IMG/VR virus record: IMGVR_UViG_3300017540_000002
Span: 1 to 59,608 of that record
DNA length: 59,608 nt
Direction: 5' to 3' (one strand)
Source: a virus
Lineage: Duplodnaviria > Caudoviricetes
Both the position numbers and the translations under genes were made by a program. A model generated the notes under the pieces. That model ran no database searches and had not been told where the DNA came from. It saw only the letters and a program-made list of their open reading frames with translations. Each line of letters begins with the position of its first letter. Positions within the stretch are counted from its first letter, which is position 1. Of this stretch, positions 38,415-47,363 are shown piece by piece.

Positions 38415-38800
38415 CCGAGCAGCGACTCCGAGTAGACCTTCACCGCCAGCCCGGCCTCCCGCGCTCGGCGCATCGCGTCGACGGTGTCGTGCGACCAGTG
38501 CGCCGCCTTGCCCCGGCACACGGGCTTCGTGCACGGCCCGGGGAACGCGAGCACGAGGTCCGGCCGCTGGTCGATCATGCGCTGGTTGCGGCGGGGCTCG
38601 GCCGCGCGGCCGAGGCCGTTCCAGTCGGCCACGTAGACCTCGGTCTGATCCGGGGGCCAGTGCTTGCGCACGATCGCGTCGACCCCGGTGGGGCAGTCGC
38701 CGACGAGGATCGTGGCGTCGGCGGGCACGTGGCGCGCGAGCGCGTCGAGCACGGTTGCCGTGTCGGTCATCCGGCGGTAGCCGGTCACCATCACCTTCAT
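38411..38800 (-). CDS. SLOG superfamily (DUF2493/YspA-like) protein
   Basis: VMVTGYR, GDCPTGVD, ADW..GRAA..RRNQRM and LAFP motifs. Confidence 0.85.
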   Translation of the reverse strand: MKVMVTGYRRMTDTATVLDALARHVPADATILVGDCPTGVDAIVRKHWPPDQTEVYVADWNGLGRAAEPRRNQRMIDQRPDLVLAFPGPCTKPVCRGKAAHWSHDTVDAMRRAREAGLAVKVYSESLLG

Positions 38801-38825
38801 GTTGCTGTCCCTTCGTTGGTGGTGC

Positions 38826-39134
38826 TCATCGCCCGGCGCGGACCCGTCCGAGGCCGTGGGTGGCGGCGAAGTCCATCGCGTGCGCCGCGCACATCCGCAC
38901 CTGGGTCGGCCACCCTGGGAGCCAGGCGACGTGCGAGGTGCGGTTCGGCGCGGCCACCGGCCGCGTCTTGGTGACGTGCATCTCGTCGATGCACAGGCCG
39001 CACATGGGCGGGTCGGCGAGGCGCTCCTGGCGGACGAACCCGCCCTTGGGGGCCTTCACCTTCCGCGTCGGGGGGCGCTGCGGCTGCTCGGGCAGCCTGA
39101 GGTCGAGCGGGTCCTGCTCCCACGGTCCGCTCAT
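38826..39134 (-). CDS. Hypothetical protein (CxxC...CxxH)
   Basis: ATGA-coupled. Confidence 0.65.
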   Translation of the reverse strand: MSGPWEQDPLDLRLPEQPQRPPTRKVKAPKGGFVRQERLADPPMCGLCIDEMHVTKTRPVAAPNRTSHVAWLPGWPTQVRMCAAHAMDFAATHGLGRVRAGR

Positions 39135-39394
39135 GCCCGCATCCACATCGTGCGACCTCCCGTCGTTGCGTCCAGGAGGAGGCCGCTGGTCATGCCGATG
39201 GAGGCGACTGCGTCGTCAGGGTCGGCCACGTCGGTGTAGGCCGCGACCATGAAGTCGCCTGGCTCGTCGTCGGTGCCGGGAATCTCCTCCGGCACCTCCA
39301 CCAGGATGTAGTGGTGGCCGGGTCGGAGCCGTCCGAGCGCCTCCTCGACGGGGGTGTTGGAGACGATCTGGACGGTGATCGTGGGCTGGGTCAT
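39131..39394 (-). CDS. Hypothetical protein
   Basis: MTQPTITVQIV; ATGA-coupled. Confidence 0.7.
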   Translation of the reverse strand: MTQPTITVQIVSNTPVEEALGRLRPGHHYILVEVPEEIPGTDDEPGDFMVAAYTDVADPDDAVASIGMTSGLLLDATTGGRTMWMRA

Positions 39395-40380
39395 GCGGTG
39401 CGATCCTCTCGGTTGTTCCGCTTGCGTAGGCGGGTGATGCTGAGCCGGTCGTGCGCGGCTCGGGTGGAGGCGGCGACGTGGGTCTCCGCCTGGTGGACCC
39501 ACCGGACGGCGTACTCGCCGGTGGACCCGGAGACCCCGAGGAGCGTGCGGCGTGCGCTGGCCTTGCGCAGCGCCGCGGTCTTCTCGTCCTCGCGGGCCTC
39601 GATGTACTCCTTCACGGCCACGAGGGCCTCGGAGTCGGTGATGAGCCCGCCTTCGGCCTTGTTGTCCAGCGCTCGGCAGGACAGGAAGTACGGGCACCAC
39701 CCCTCGCAGAACTCGACCGAGGGGTCCTTGGACGCCTCCTCCTGGTTCAGCACGGCGTAGATGACGTCGTCGAGCCAGTCGGCGGCTGCGCGCACGACGT
39801 CCATGCTGAACGGCTCCAGGTCGACGTGCGGCATCTCGACTTCGCCGGTGCGGTCGATGAACACGTTGCCGACGACGCCGCCCTCCTCGCGGAGGATGCC
39901 CGCCTGGACGGCCCCGAGGAAGTAGAGGTGCCGCTGGAACTGGTACGACTGCTTCACCGGCGACCGGGCCACCGTGGGCAGATTCCCGGGGGCCTTGAAG
40001 TCGAGCAGCATGTTCCACTCGGGGATGATCGCGTCGCTGTGTCCGACGACGCGGCGCTCGGGGTTGCCGTTCACGCTGGGCAGGGTGATGAGGAGTTCCT
40101 GCTGCGTGATCCACCCTTCGGCCTTGGCGAGCGCGGCCTCGGCGTGGTCCCCGATCGCGGTGCCGATGAAGGAGGGGAGGTAGTGCTCCTCCTCCTCGTC
40201 GAACGGCATTTGGAGGACCATGCGCCGGGCTTTCTCGCGGCATAGGCCGATGTCGCTGACGCCTAGCCGGAAGTCCTTCGACTGGAGGGACCGCTCCGAC
40301 TGGTGCGCGGCGGCGTAGAGGGCGTCACGGACGACGAGAGCGACCTGCTCGGCCGTGACGGCGGGGGCCTCACTCGTCAC
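39391..40380 (-). CDS. Cas4/RecB-like PD-(D/E)XK exonuclease
   Basis: SDIGLC, GTAIGD, GHSD, DFK, QRHLY and CEGWCPY..C motifs. Confidence 0.85.
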   Translation of the reverse strand: MTSEAPAVTAEQVALVVRDALYAAAHQSERSLQSKDFRLGVSDIGLCREKARRMVLQMPFDEEEEHYLPSFIGTAIGDHAEAALAKAEGWITQQELLITLPSVNGNPERRVVGHSDAIIPEWNMLLDFKAPGNLPTVARSPVKQSYQFQRHLYFLGAVQAGILREEGGVVGNVFIDRTGEVEMPHVDLEPFSMDVVRAAADWLDDVIYAVLNQEEASKDPSVEFCEGWCPYFLSCRALDNKAEGGLITDSEALVAVKEYIEAREDEKTAALRKASARRTLLGVSGSTGEYAVRWVHQAETHVAASTRAAHDRLSITRLRKRNNREDRTA

Positions 40381-40705
40381 CTGAGCCCTCCTCAGGGTCG
40401 ACCGGGGGCTCCTCGGCGGCGGGGTGCCAGTGCTCCATCTCGTAGGGCTGCATCTTGACGCCGTCGTCGTCGAGGTAGTCGCCCTCGTAGGCGATCACGA
40501 CGGGCGGGCGTCCGGCGATGCGCGTCTCGGCGAGCGCGAGCGCGCCGGCCTCGAACACGAGCGAGACGGGACGCGCCCCCATCTCGGGGGTCGCGAGGTA
40601 CTCGGCGATGCTGAGGATGTTGTCGCGGGTGACCTGGACGATGCGCTTGGTCATGATGCGCTCGTGCAGGCCGAACATGGTGTGCAGGTCGTCGTAGCGG
40701 CTCAC
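40370..40705 (-). CDS. Hypothetical protein
   Basis: AGGAGG RBS; coupled. Confidence 0.7.
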   Translation of the reverse strand: MSRYDDLHTMFGLHERIMTKRIVQVTRDNILSIAEYLATPEMGARPVSLVFEAGALALAETRIAGRPPVVIAYEGDYLDDDGVKMQPYEMEHWHPAAEEPPVDPEEGSGDE

Positions 40706-41073
40706 GGTTCCTCCTGGTGGGTGGTGCTGGTGGCATCATCTTGGACCGGGCGGGGTGCCACGGTGGTTGCGCCCACGCCGAGCCGTCGGAGCCCTTCTTC
40801 GATGCGGTCGGCGCGATCCCTGAGCCAGACGGCGAACATGGGGCGAGAAGGGCTGCTCGGCAGGGCGGCCCCACTGAACGGCTCGGCCAGGTCGGCTGCC
40901 TGTCGTAGCGCCGAGACCGCACCCTCCGCCTGCACCTGGCGGTCGTGGGCGGCGAGCCAGCGGTTGAACGACTCGCTAGCCTCTACGAGGTCGTAGGCGG
41001 TCGGCTGGTCGTGGGAGGTGTGAGCGACCCACGCCTCCAGCACCTCGTACTTCGTCGGCGTGTACTCACTCAT
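40702..41073 (-). CDS. Hypothetical protein
   Basis: MSEYTPT...FNRWLAAHDRQV. Confidence 0.7.
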   Translation of the reverse strand: MSEYTPTKYEVLEAWVAHTSHDQPTAYDLVEASESFNRWLAAHDRQVQAEGAVSALRQAADLAEPFSGAALPSSPSRPMFAVWLRDRADRIEEGLRRLGVGATTVAPRPVQDDATSTTHQEEP

Positions 41074-41441
41074 CGCCCGCCTCCTTCCAGCGCGGCGCGG
41101 AGAGGCCCGAGAACCTCGGTGTCCACGTCCAGCACCACGCGATCCGGGAACGGCCCACTGGCCGCGCCTCGGCGGCTCCACTCGTCCGCCAACGCCCGCA
41201 CCCGCTCGATCACCACGTCCCGCTGGCGCACCTGCTCACCGAGTCGAGTGTTCGCCTCGTCCACGCGCAAGCACTCGGCCTCCAACTCGTCCCGCTCCTT
41301 GAATACGGCCTCGTAGTCGCGCATGAGTCGCCGCCAGTGCTCGCGGTAGGTGTCCCGCGCAGCCTGCAACTCGCGCACCGAGCGCTGCAACTCGCGAACC
41401 CGCTCGATCAGCGCCTCCCGGCTGGTGTCGTCAGCGGTCAT
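41070..41441 (-). CDS. Coiled-coil hypothetical protein
   Basis: MTADDTSREAL; heptads; coupled. Confidence 0.7.
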   Translation of the reverse strand: MTADDTSREALIERVRELQRSVRELQAARDTYREHWRRLMRDYEAVFKERDELEAECLRVDEANTRLGEQVRQRDVVIERVRALADEWSRRGAASGPFPDRVVLDVDTEVLGPLRAALEGGGR

Positions 41442-41581
41442 CGTCGGTCCCACCACCCTTCTCGCTCGTGCTGCCGCACCCACGGCGGCTCGTAGTCCCT
41501 GACTTCCTCCCGGAACGCTTGCGTGTACCCCTGCGGAGCACGGCACACCTCGCATGACCCGGAGGCGCAGCACTCGCTCAT
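41438..41581 (-). CDS. Small hypothetical protein
   Basis: MSECCASGSCEVC; coupled on both sides. Confidence 0.55.
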   Translation of the reverse strand: MSECCASGSCEVCRAPQGYTQAFREEVRDYEPPWVRQHEREGWWDRR

Positions 41582-41913
41582 CGCTTCCAACTCCTCTCGT
41601 CTTCCATCGAGTCGGCGGTTGCACGACACCGCACGCGCCAGGCGTCCCACTCGCGACGACCCCAGAGGATCACGGGCAGCCCGGCCGGGCCACCGAGGGT
41701 CGGGCGGGTCTCCGGCGGCGGACTGCCATAGGCGCGCCACAGCGGCGCGTGCGGCCCATACTGGTCTCCGCCGATAACGTCGCGCTTGCCGCAGTGGGAG
41801 CAGGCGACGTAGGCCCCGTGCCAGATCGCGTCATGGACCTTCGTCCAGGCGTGGCGGCCACGGAGGCATCGCCCCTCCTGCCGCCAGCGCTTCAACCGCA
41901 CGAGCGCCCTCAT
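41578..41913 (-). CDS. Hypothetical protein
   Basis: MRALVRLKRW; C..H...CSHC. Confidence 0.6.
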   Translation of the reverse strand: MRALVRLKRWRQEGRCLRGRHAWTKVHDAIWHGAYVACSHCGKRDVIGGDQYGPHAPLWRAYGSPPPETRPTLGGPAGLPVILWGRREWDAWRVRCRATADSMEDERSWKR

Positions 41914-42107
41914 CGTGAACCTCCTGGTTCCGAATCGCCCGGTTGCGGATCGGCCTCGCGCCAGTCGTAGGTGTAGGTCTCGACATAGAGCGCCGTGAAC
42001 TTCTTCATGACCACCGGGCCGTCGTGGCGGTCGCGGTGCATCGAGCGGTGCCGTGCCACGCCGTGCGACTTCAGCGGCTTCGCACAGGTCTCGCACTGCC
42101 AGGTCAT
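41910..42107 (-). CDS. C2H2-like zinc-finger protein
   Basis: WQCETCAKPL...ARHRSMH. Confidence 0.65.
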   Translation of the reverse strand: MTWQCETCAKPLKSHGVARHRSMHRDRHDGPVVMKKFTALYVETYTYDWREADPQPGDSEPGGSR

Positions 42108-42346
42108 CGCCGCTCCCTCGCTTGGTCGCGGACCTCCTGCCAGCCGCGCTCGTACCCCAGGCCCCAATCCGCGTGATCGAGGGTGCCGGGCTCGTACGGG
42201 TTGCGGGTGCGCACGAGCCGGTAGTTCGCGCGGTAGCCGTTGTGGCGGCGTTCCTCCACGATGTCGAGCCAGATCGAGCAGTCGTCGGCACCGGCGACGT
42301 TGCCCTCCTCCCACGCGGCGCTGCGGACCTCGGCCATGAGGGTCAC
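42104..42346 (-). CDS. Hypothetical protein
   Basis: RNPYEPG...WGLGYERGW motif; start at 42346 or 42337. Confidence 0.65.
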   Translation of the reverse strand: MTLMAEVRSAAWEEGNVAGADDCSIWLDIVEERRHNGYRANYRLVRTRNPYEPGTLDHADWGLGYERGWQEVRDQARERR

Positions 42347-43122
42347 TGGTCCTCCACCGGGGTGCCGCCGAGGGCGCGGCTGACGAGAGCCTCGGCAACC
42401 TCGGCCGTGGGCGCGGCCTGCTGGGACTGCATCTTCCGCTCCAGGGCGAGGAGCACCCGCTGCCCCTCGTCCTCGCTGATGGCGTCGAGGCCGCTCACGG
42501 CGCGCCCCGTGTACCTGCGCAGGCCGGAGGCGCGCTGCGCGTCGCTGAGCATGAGGTCTCCAAAGAGAGCCTCGATCGCGCCGCGAGTCTCGGCCGTCAG
42601 GGGCGGGCCGGAGGGCGCTGCGGGCGGCGGCGGCGTGCCGCCCCACGTCTCGGTGCCGCCGCGCTGGTGGACCTCCATGTCGGGGTCGGGCTCGTCGGTG
42701 GGGAGCGTGAGCGCCTGGAGCAGGAACGTGCGGTAGGCGACGCTCATCGCCTTGCTGACGGCCTTGTCGCCGGAGTCCGCGGCCTGGCCGTAGGCGCTGC
42801 CGGTGAATGCGGACCCGTCCTCGGCCATGACGGTGTACTCGACGTGCACGATGACGCCCTGCATCACGGCACCCTTCGCGGTCTCGTACCGCTCGGTGGT
42901 GATGTCGGTGACGTTCGGCAGGATCATGACGCCGTGCTCGCGCAGCGCCGGGCCGACGGCGTTCATCACGGCGTCGATGCCGCGGAAGTTGAACCCCTGT
43001 TGCGGGTTGCGCTGGTTCTTGCCGAGGCCGAGCACGGTGCGCATCACCTCGACCCAGCGGCGGTGCACGAGGCCGGTGTCGTCGGTGGGGGGCTCGGTGG
43101 TGTTCGTGGTGTTCTCGGCCAT
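42343..43122 (-). CDS. ERF-family ssDNA annealing protein
   Basis: FNFRGIDAV and GQAADSGDKAVSKAMSVAYR...DPD motifs. Confidence 0.9.
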   Translation of the reverse strand: MAENTTNTTEPPTDDTGLVHRRWVEVMRTVLGLGKNQRNPQQGFNFRGIDAVMNAVGPALREHGVMILPNVTDITTERYETAKGAVMQGVIVHVEYTVMAEDGSAFTGSAYGQAADSGDKAVSKAMSVAYRTFLLQALTLPTDEPDPDMEVHQRGGTETWGGTPPPPAAPSGPPLTAETRGAIEALFGDLMLSDAQRASGLRRYTGRAVSGLDAISEDEGQRVLLALERKMQSQQAAPTAEVAEALVSRALGGTPVEDQ

Positions 43123-43275
43123 GTCGAGTTCTCCGTTCAGGTAGGTGTCCCACCCCATGAGGGCGGTGATGGTGTCTCGGGCTTCCTGGCTGCTGGGCCA
43201 GTGGTGGCGGGATCGTGGGCGGCTGACAGCCTCCATCTTACTACATCTCCCTCCATTCGTCCAGGCGTACGAATG

Positions 43276-43318
43276 GCCGCGCCCCCGCACCATAGGGGGG
43301 TCGGTGCGGGGGCGCGGC
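43276..43318 (-). terminator. GC-rich hairpin
   Basis: GCCGCGCCCCCGCACC...GGTGCGGGGGCGCGGC after the surface protein gene. Confidence 0.55.
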
Positions 43319-43332
43319 GGTCTCGTGGAGGG

Positions 43333-44601
43333 TCAGCCCTCCGTGATCAGGCGACGGCGAGCCAGGCCGATGCCGACACCGCCGAGCAGGAGCCCGGCCG
43401 CGATCATGGACAGCGGCCGGACCGAGCCCTCCGGGCCGGTGAAGGCCAGGGTCTCGACCTCGCGGTCGGTCGCGTCCGGCACCTGGCGAGGCTCCGGCTT
43501 CACCGGGGTCTCGCTCGGCTCCTCCGTGGGCTCCTCGGGCTCGGCCGGGACGGTCGGCTCCTCGGTCGGCTCCTCGGGGGTCGTCGGCTCCTCAGCGGGC
43601 GGGCACTCGACCGGCTCGGCCACGACGACGCGCTGGTAGATGCGCTCGATGTGGCTCTCCTCCTCCACGAGGAGCACCTCGCGCTGGTCCTTCACCTTCC
43701 AGCCGTCGCCGGTCGGCACCTCGGTCATCCACGTGGCCGGGATGTGCTTGGCGAACTTGTACTCCTGGTGCGACTCCTCGGGGATGGCCGGGACGTGGCG
43801 AGCGAACTTGTACTCCCAATGGCCCTGCTCCTCGACGGCGGGCACGTAGTCGGGGTTGTCGACCTCGATGGTCGGCTCGCCCTGCGCCGGGTGCTCGATC
43901 GTCTCGGTCCAGGCGTCCTTGACCTTCTCCTTCTTGGTGTGCTGGGTGCGCTCGTAGTACGTCACGCCCTTGCCCGGCTTCTTGTTGTAGCCGTTGCCGT
44001 CCGAGTCGACGTACTTCCAGGTGTCGTTGTCGAGCCAGATGAAGCCGTGCCCGCCGTGCTTGGTGTACTTCCACAGGGTCTTGTACTCGGCGGGGTGCTC
44101 GATCGTCTCCGTCCAGCCCGGCGCGTAGTCCGGGTTCGGGATCACGATGGTGGGGGTGCCCTGCGCGGGCTGAGCCTCGACGTCGACGACCCAGCGCTCA
44201 GCGATCTGCTTCCAGCCGTCGCCGGGCGACTCGGTGACCCAGCCGGTCTGCTCGTACTCGCCGGGCACGTACTCCTGGTCGATGACCGTGCGCTCGGCGA
44301 TCTGGACCCAGCCCTCACCCTCCGGCGTGGTGAGCACCCAGCCGGTCTGCTGGTAGAAGGCCACGAGGTACTCGGTGCCGTACTCCGCCTCCCGGTCGAT
44401 GACGGTCCGCTCGTCGACGACCTCCCAGCCGTCGCCCTCGGGGGCCTCGGTCAGCCAGTCGGTGGTCTCGGTGGTGGCGCTGCCCTCGCTCGGCACACAC
44501 ACCTCGCCGTCGGCCCACGCCGGCGCGGTCGTGGCGAGCGCGAGCCCGCCGCTCAGCAGCAGCGCCCCTACGGCGCTCGCTGCGGTCTTCCTGTTCCTCA
44601 T
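43333..44601 (-). CDS. Secreted sortase-anchored (LAxTG) cell-surface protein
   Basis: Signal peptide (AWA), Pro/Glu linker, LAFTG, TM segment, RRR tail. Confidence 0.85.
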   Translation of the reverse strand: MRNRKTAASAVGALLLSGGLALATTAPAWADGEVCVPSEGSATTETTDWLTEAPEGDGWEVVDERTVIDREAEYGTEYLVAFYQQTGWVLTTPEGEGWVQIAERTVIDQEYVPGEYEQTGWVTESPGDGWKQIAERWVVDVEAQPAQGTPTIVIPNPDYAPGWTETIEHPAEYKTLWKYTKHGGHGFIWLDNDTWKYVDSDGNGYNKKPGKGVTYYERTQHTKKEKVKDAWTETIEHPAQGEPTIEVDNPDYVPAVEEQGHWEYKFARHVPAIPEESHQEYKFAKHIPATWMTEVPTGDGWKVKDQREVLLVEEESHIERIYQRVVVAEPVECPPAEEPTTPEEPTEEPTVPAEPEEPTEEPSETPVKPEPRQVPDATDREVETLAFTGPEGSVRPLSMIAAGLLLGGVGIGLARRRLITEG

Positions 44602-44876
44602 GCAGGTGTCCCTTCGGTCTCGGAAGTCGCCACGGTGGCGACTTCGCGCTGGGTTGTTGCCTGCCGGATCACATCATCCGCCAGGCGGGAGAGTCGCGCC
44701 ATGCGCGCGACGTTCAGGGTTGCGATCGGCTCGACCGCGAGCAGCGCGCCGACCTCCATGCATCGCAGCATGTAGTCGGTCATCGGCTCCCCGTTGATCG
44801 GCTCGATCAGGTACCTCGACCCGCGCATCCTCACGGACTCGCGGATCAGGTCGAGGTCGGTGCTGGTGTCGGTCAT
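44598..44876 (-). CDS. Hypothetical protein
   Basis: MTDTSTDLDL; reads through the palindrome. Confidence 0.65.
   Translation of the reverse strand: MTDTSTDLDLIRESVRMRGSRYLIEPINGEPMTDYMLRCMEVGALLAVEPIATLNVARMARLSRLADDVIRQATTQREVATVATSETEGTPA
44623..44645. repeat. 23-bp palindrome copy 16
   Basis: GAAGTCGCCAC-G-GTGGCGACTTC, a perfectly symmetric variant. Confidence 0.9.
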
Positions 44877-45160
44877 GCCGCGTCCTGCGCCTTCGCGAAG
44901 ATGGTGTAGGTCCTGCTGTCCGGGTCGAGCCGCTGGCTGGCCTTGATGCCGTCGTGGTAGCGGAGCGACTGCCGGACGCTGGAGGCGCGGTTGAGGGTGG
45001 CACCCTCCTCGACCACGTACCACTCTTCGGGGTGGGCGCGCAGTTCGGCCACGACCTCCTTCCAGTTCCGGCGTACGCCGGGGAGGGAGTCGTTGGTGAG
45101 CCGCTTGTACTCCACGGGCCGTCCTCTCGTCTTCGTCCAGTTTCGTGCAGGTTTCATCAC
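44873..45160 (-). CDS. Hypothetical protein
   Basis: WKEVVAELRAHPEEW motif. Confidence 0.7.
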   Translation of the reverse strand: MMKPARNWTKTRGRPVEYKRLTNDSLPGVRRNWKEVVAELRAHPEEWYVVEEGATLNRASSVRQSLRYHDGIKASQRLDPDSRTYTIFAKAQDAA

Positions 45161-45161
45161 T

Positions 45162-45524
45162 TTACACCCCCTCCCCCGTCTTAGGCAGCATCACCGGCTG
45201 AGACGTTCCGTCGCAGCGCAGCGTCACCCACCCCATGAACCCCTTCACGGCGACCCGGCCCGGCTCCACCGTGTCCCTCGGGACGATCAGCCCGAGGTCG
45301 CGGGCGTCCGCCGGTCGGGCGTGCACGGCGTCGTGGCACGCCCGACACAGCGTGATGCCGTTGCACGGGCAGTGCGTGTGGTCGTCGCGCACCCGACGCG
45401 AGCGGCGGTGGTGCCAGTCGGTGCCGTGCAGCCCGCACCGGAAGCACGACCCACGGTCCCGCGCCGCGAGCATCTCGCGCGAGCGGGTCGGGATCGGGTT
45501 GCCCTTCTGCGGTCGCGCCCTCAC
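45162..45524 (-). CDS. HNH endonuclease
   Basis: RDRGSCFRC..HHRR...NGITLCRACHDAVH. Confidence 0.9.
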   Translation of the reverse strand: MRARPQKGNPIPTRSREMLAARDRGSCFRCGLHGTDWHHRRSRRVRDDHTHCPCNGITLCRACHDAVHARPADARDLGLIVPRDTVEPGRVAVKGFMGWVTLRCDGTSQPVMLPKTGEGV

Positions 45525-45551
45525 GAGTCGACCTCCAGCGCGGGGTGCAGG

Positions 45552-45869
45552 TCACGGCGCAGCATCGACCTGCTCCACTTCGTCCATCGCGGCCTGGAGC
45601 AGTGCGATGGAGACGACCTTGCGCCACTGCCGGAGCGTGGTGACGTCGTGCCCGGTCTCCGTGTCTGCGATGCGGTCGCCGTTGATGACCAGACCCTCCC
45701 CCTGCGCCGTGAGCACGATGACGACGGGAGCCCGGTCCAAGATGACCAACTTGTCGTCGAGGAACTCGTCAGTGGCGACGGCGTCAGCGAGAGCCTCCTT
45801 GACCCACTCGGGGACGGCGGCGTTGTCCTGGATGTAGTGGAGCGCTTCCCGCGCCGTCGGCTCAGTCAT
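45552..45869 (-). CDS. Hypothetical protein
   Basis: MTEPTAREAL. Confidence 0.65.
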   Translation of the reverse strand: MTEPTAREALHYIQDNAAVPEWVKEALADAVATDEFLDDKLVILDRAPVVIVLTAQGEGLVINGDRIADTETGHDVTTLRQWRKVVSIALLQAAMDEVEQVDAAP

Positions 45870-46161
45870 CGCCCTCACCGGCCTCCGGGGCTGGGTAGAA
45901 CGCGGGGTACATGCGGTGCATGTTGTCCTGCGCCCACGACTCCTGCGCGAGCACGACCATCCACTGCGGGTCGGTCGTCTCGACGAACTCCACGCGCGAG
46001 GTGTTCGTGGCCTCGTCGTAGGTGACGTCGACGGCGCGCATGATCGAGCGCTCGCCGTAGGTGTACCCGGCGATGTACTCGGTGTCGCGGATGTCGCCGG
46101 GGTAGTTGGCGAACCCGCGCCGGGCGTTGGGGTCGGCGTCCTGTTCGGGGAGCGTGGTCAT
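45862..46161 (-). CDS. Hypothetical protein
   Basis: GGAAGGA RBS; coupled. Confidence 0.7.
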   Translation of the reverse strand: MTTLPEQDADPNARRGFANYPGDIRDTEYIAGYTYGERSIMRAVDVTYDEATNTSRVEFVETTDPQWMVVLAQESWAQDNMHRMYPAFYPAPEAGEGDD

Positions 46162-46637
46162 GGCTGATCCTTCCGAGGTTCGGTGAGTCGGTCGTCGAGG
46201 ACCGCGGTGAGCGCTTCGCGGAGGCCGTTCGGCAGGTGGCCCTCGTGCAGCGCGGTGGCGAGCGCGTCCTCCAGGCTGGTGATGCGCTCGCGGAGCGCCT
46301 GCCTGGACTGGAGGCGGCGGTAGGGGCTGGTCGGCAGAGCGCCCACGTGCTCGGGGAGCACGTAGACGTGCGAGCGGTTCCGCTTGAGCGCGAGCCGCTC
46401 CACTCGCCCCGCCTGGTGCAGGGTGGAGAGCACCTGCGAGGCGGTGCCGTGCCCGACGTCGAGGCGGCGCTGGAGTTCCGCCTGAGTGATGCCGGTGCTG
46501 CCCAGCGCGCCCAGCAGGCTGACGGTCCGCTGCTGGTAGTTGCCGGTGAGCCCGTGGCCGTCGAGGTAGCGCACGCGCTCCTCGCTCGCCTCCGAGCCGC
46601 TGTGCCCGCTGGTGCCGTCGGCGTACCTGTAGGTCAT
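46158..46637 (-). CDS. Winged-HTH DNA-binding protein
   Basis: GITQAELQRRLDVGHGTASQVLSTLHQAGRV. Confidence 0.8.
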   Translation of the reverse strand: MTYRYADGTSGHSGSEASEERVRYLDGHGLTGNYQQRTVSLLGALGSTGITQAELQRRLDVGHGTASQVLSTLHQAGRVERLALKRNRSHVYVLPEHVGALPTSPYRRLQSRQALRERITSLEDALATALHEGHLPNGLREALTAVLDDRLTEPRKDQP

Positions 46638-46665
46638 GCCTCCCACACCTCCACGCTGATCTTCG

Positions 46666-46869
46666 TCATGCTGTGCTGTCCCTTCGTGATGCCTCGATGA
46701 GGCGGATGTACTTCGGATCGGAGGAGCGACAGTCCTTGCAGACGGGGGTCGCCGCCCCGGTGTTGCGGGCCATCTTGATTCCGCAGCGGGCGCAGTTGCG
46801 CTGACGCCCGTAACCCTTCGTGCCCTGCGGGATGGTGTGCACCCCGACGTAGGAGGCGCGGTGCGTCAT
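46666..46869 (-). CDS. Small zinc-finger protein
   Basis: CARC...CKDC. Confidence 0.65.
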   Translation of the reverse strand: MTHRASYVGVHTIPQGTKGYGRQRNCARCGIKMARNTGAATPVCKDCRSSDPKYIRLIEASRRDSTA

Positions 46870-47321
46870 GAGTCGGCGTCGAGCGGGACGAGGCCGCCCC
46901 CCTCGATGAGGTCGGCGATCTGCTCGAAGGACCATCTTTCCTCGTCGTTGAGCATCGCGAGCGAGGCCCCGGCGATCGGGACCGCCGTCGGGCGAACCTT
47001 GCCCTCGCCGCCGTGCCCGCCGTCGATCCCGGCCCACTCGTACACGCGCCGGTTCGGGTAGGTCACCATCCCGTCGTACTCGACGAAGCGGAGGAATGCG
47101 GTCCCCTCCCGGCCGTGGCCGGGGTTGCTGCGCGTCTCCACGACGCCGGCGCGGTAGGCGAGTTCGCAGAGCACGCCCAGGCAGCAGTAGCGCGCCCGCC
47201 CGTCGGTGACGTCTTCGCTGGCGAGGCGGGCGGTGCCCTGCTCGAACTCGCCGGAGCGCAGGGCCTTCACCCATGCGGCCTGCACCTCGGCGGGTGTGCT
47301 GTCAGGACTGAGGTCTGTCAT
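46866..47321 (-). CDS. Conserved phage hypothetical protein
   Basis: WVKALRSGEFEQG...CCLGVLC...LND..SFEQIADLIE. Confidence 0.8.
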   Translation of the reverse strand: MTDLSPDSTPAEVQAAWVKALRSGEFEQGTARLASEDVTDGRARYCCLGVLCELAYRAGVVETRSNPGHGREGTAFLRFVEYDGMVTYPNRRVYEWAGIDGGHGGEGKVRPTAVPIAGASLAMLNDEERWSFEQIADLIEGGGLVPLDADS

Positions 47322-47340
47322 GTTCTGTCCCTTCGTAGAC

Positions 47341-47363
47341 GGAGTCACCATCGTGGTGACTAT
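47341..47363. repeat. 23-bp palindrome copy 17
   Basis: GGAGTCACCAT-C-GTGGTGACTAT; supplies the primase-helicase stop. Confidence 0.85.

Noticed and set aside
40750-40775. Degenerate palindrome core GCCACGGTGGT (and a half site at about 52135)
   Set aside because: The outer arms do not match, so these were not counted.
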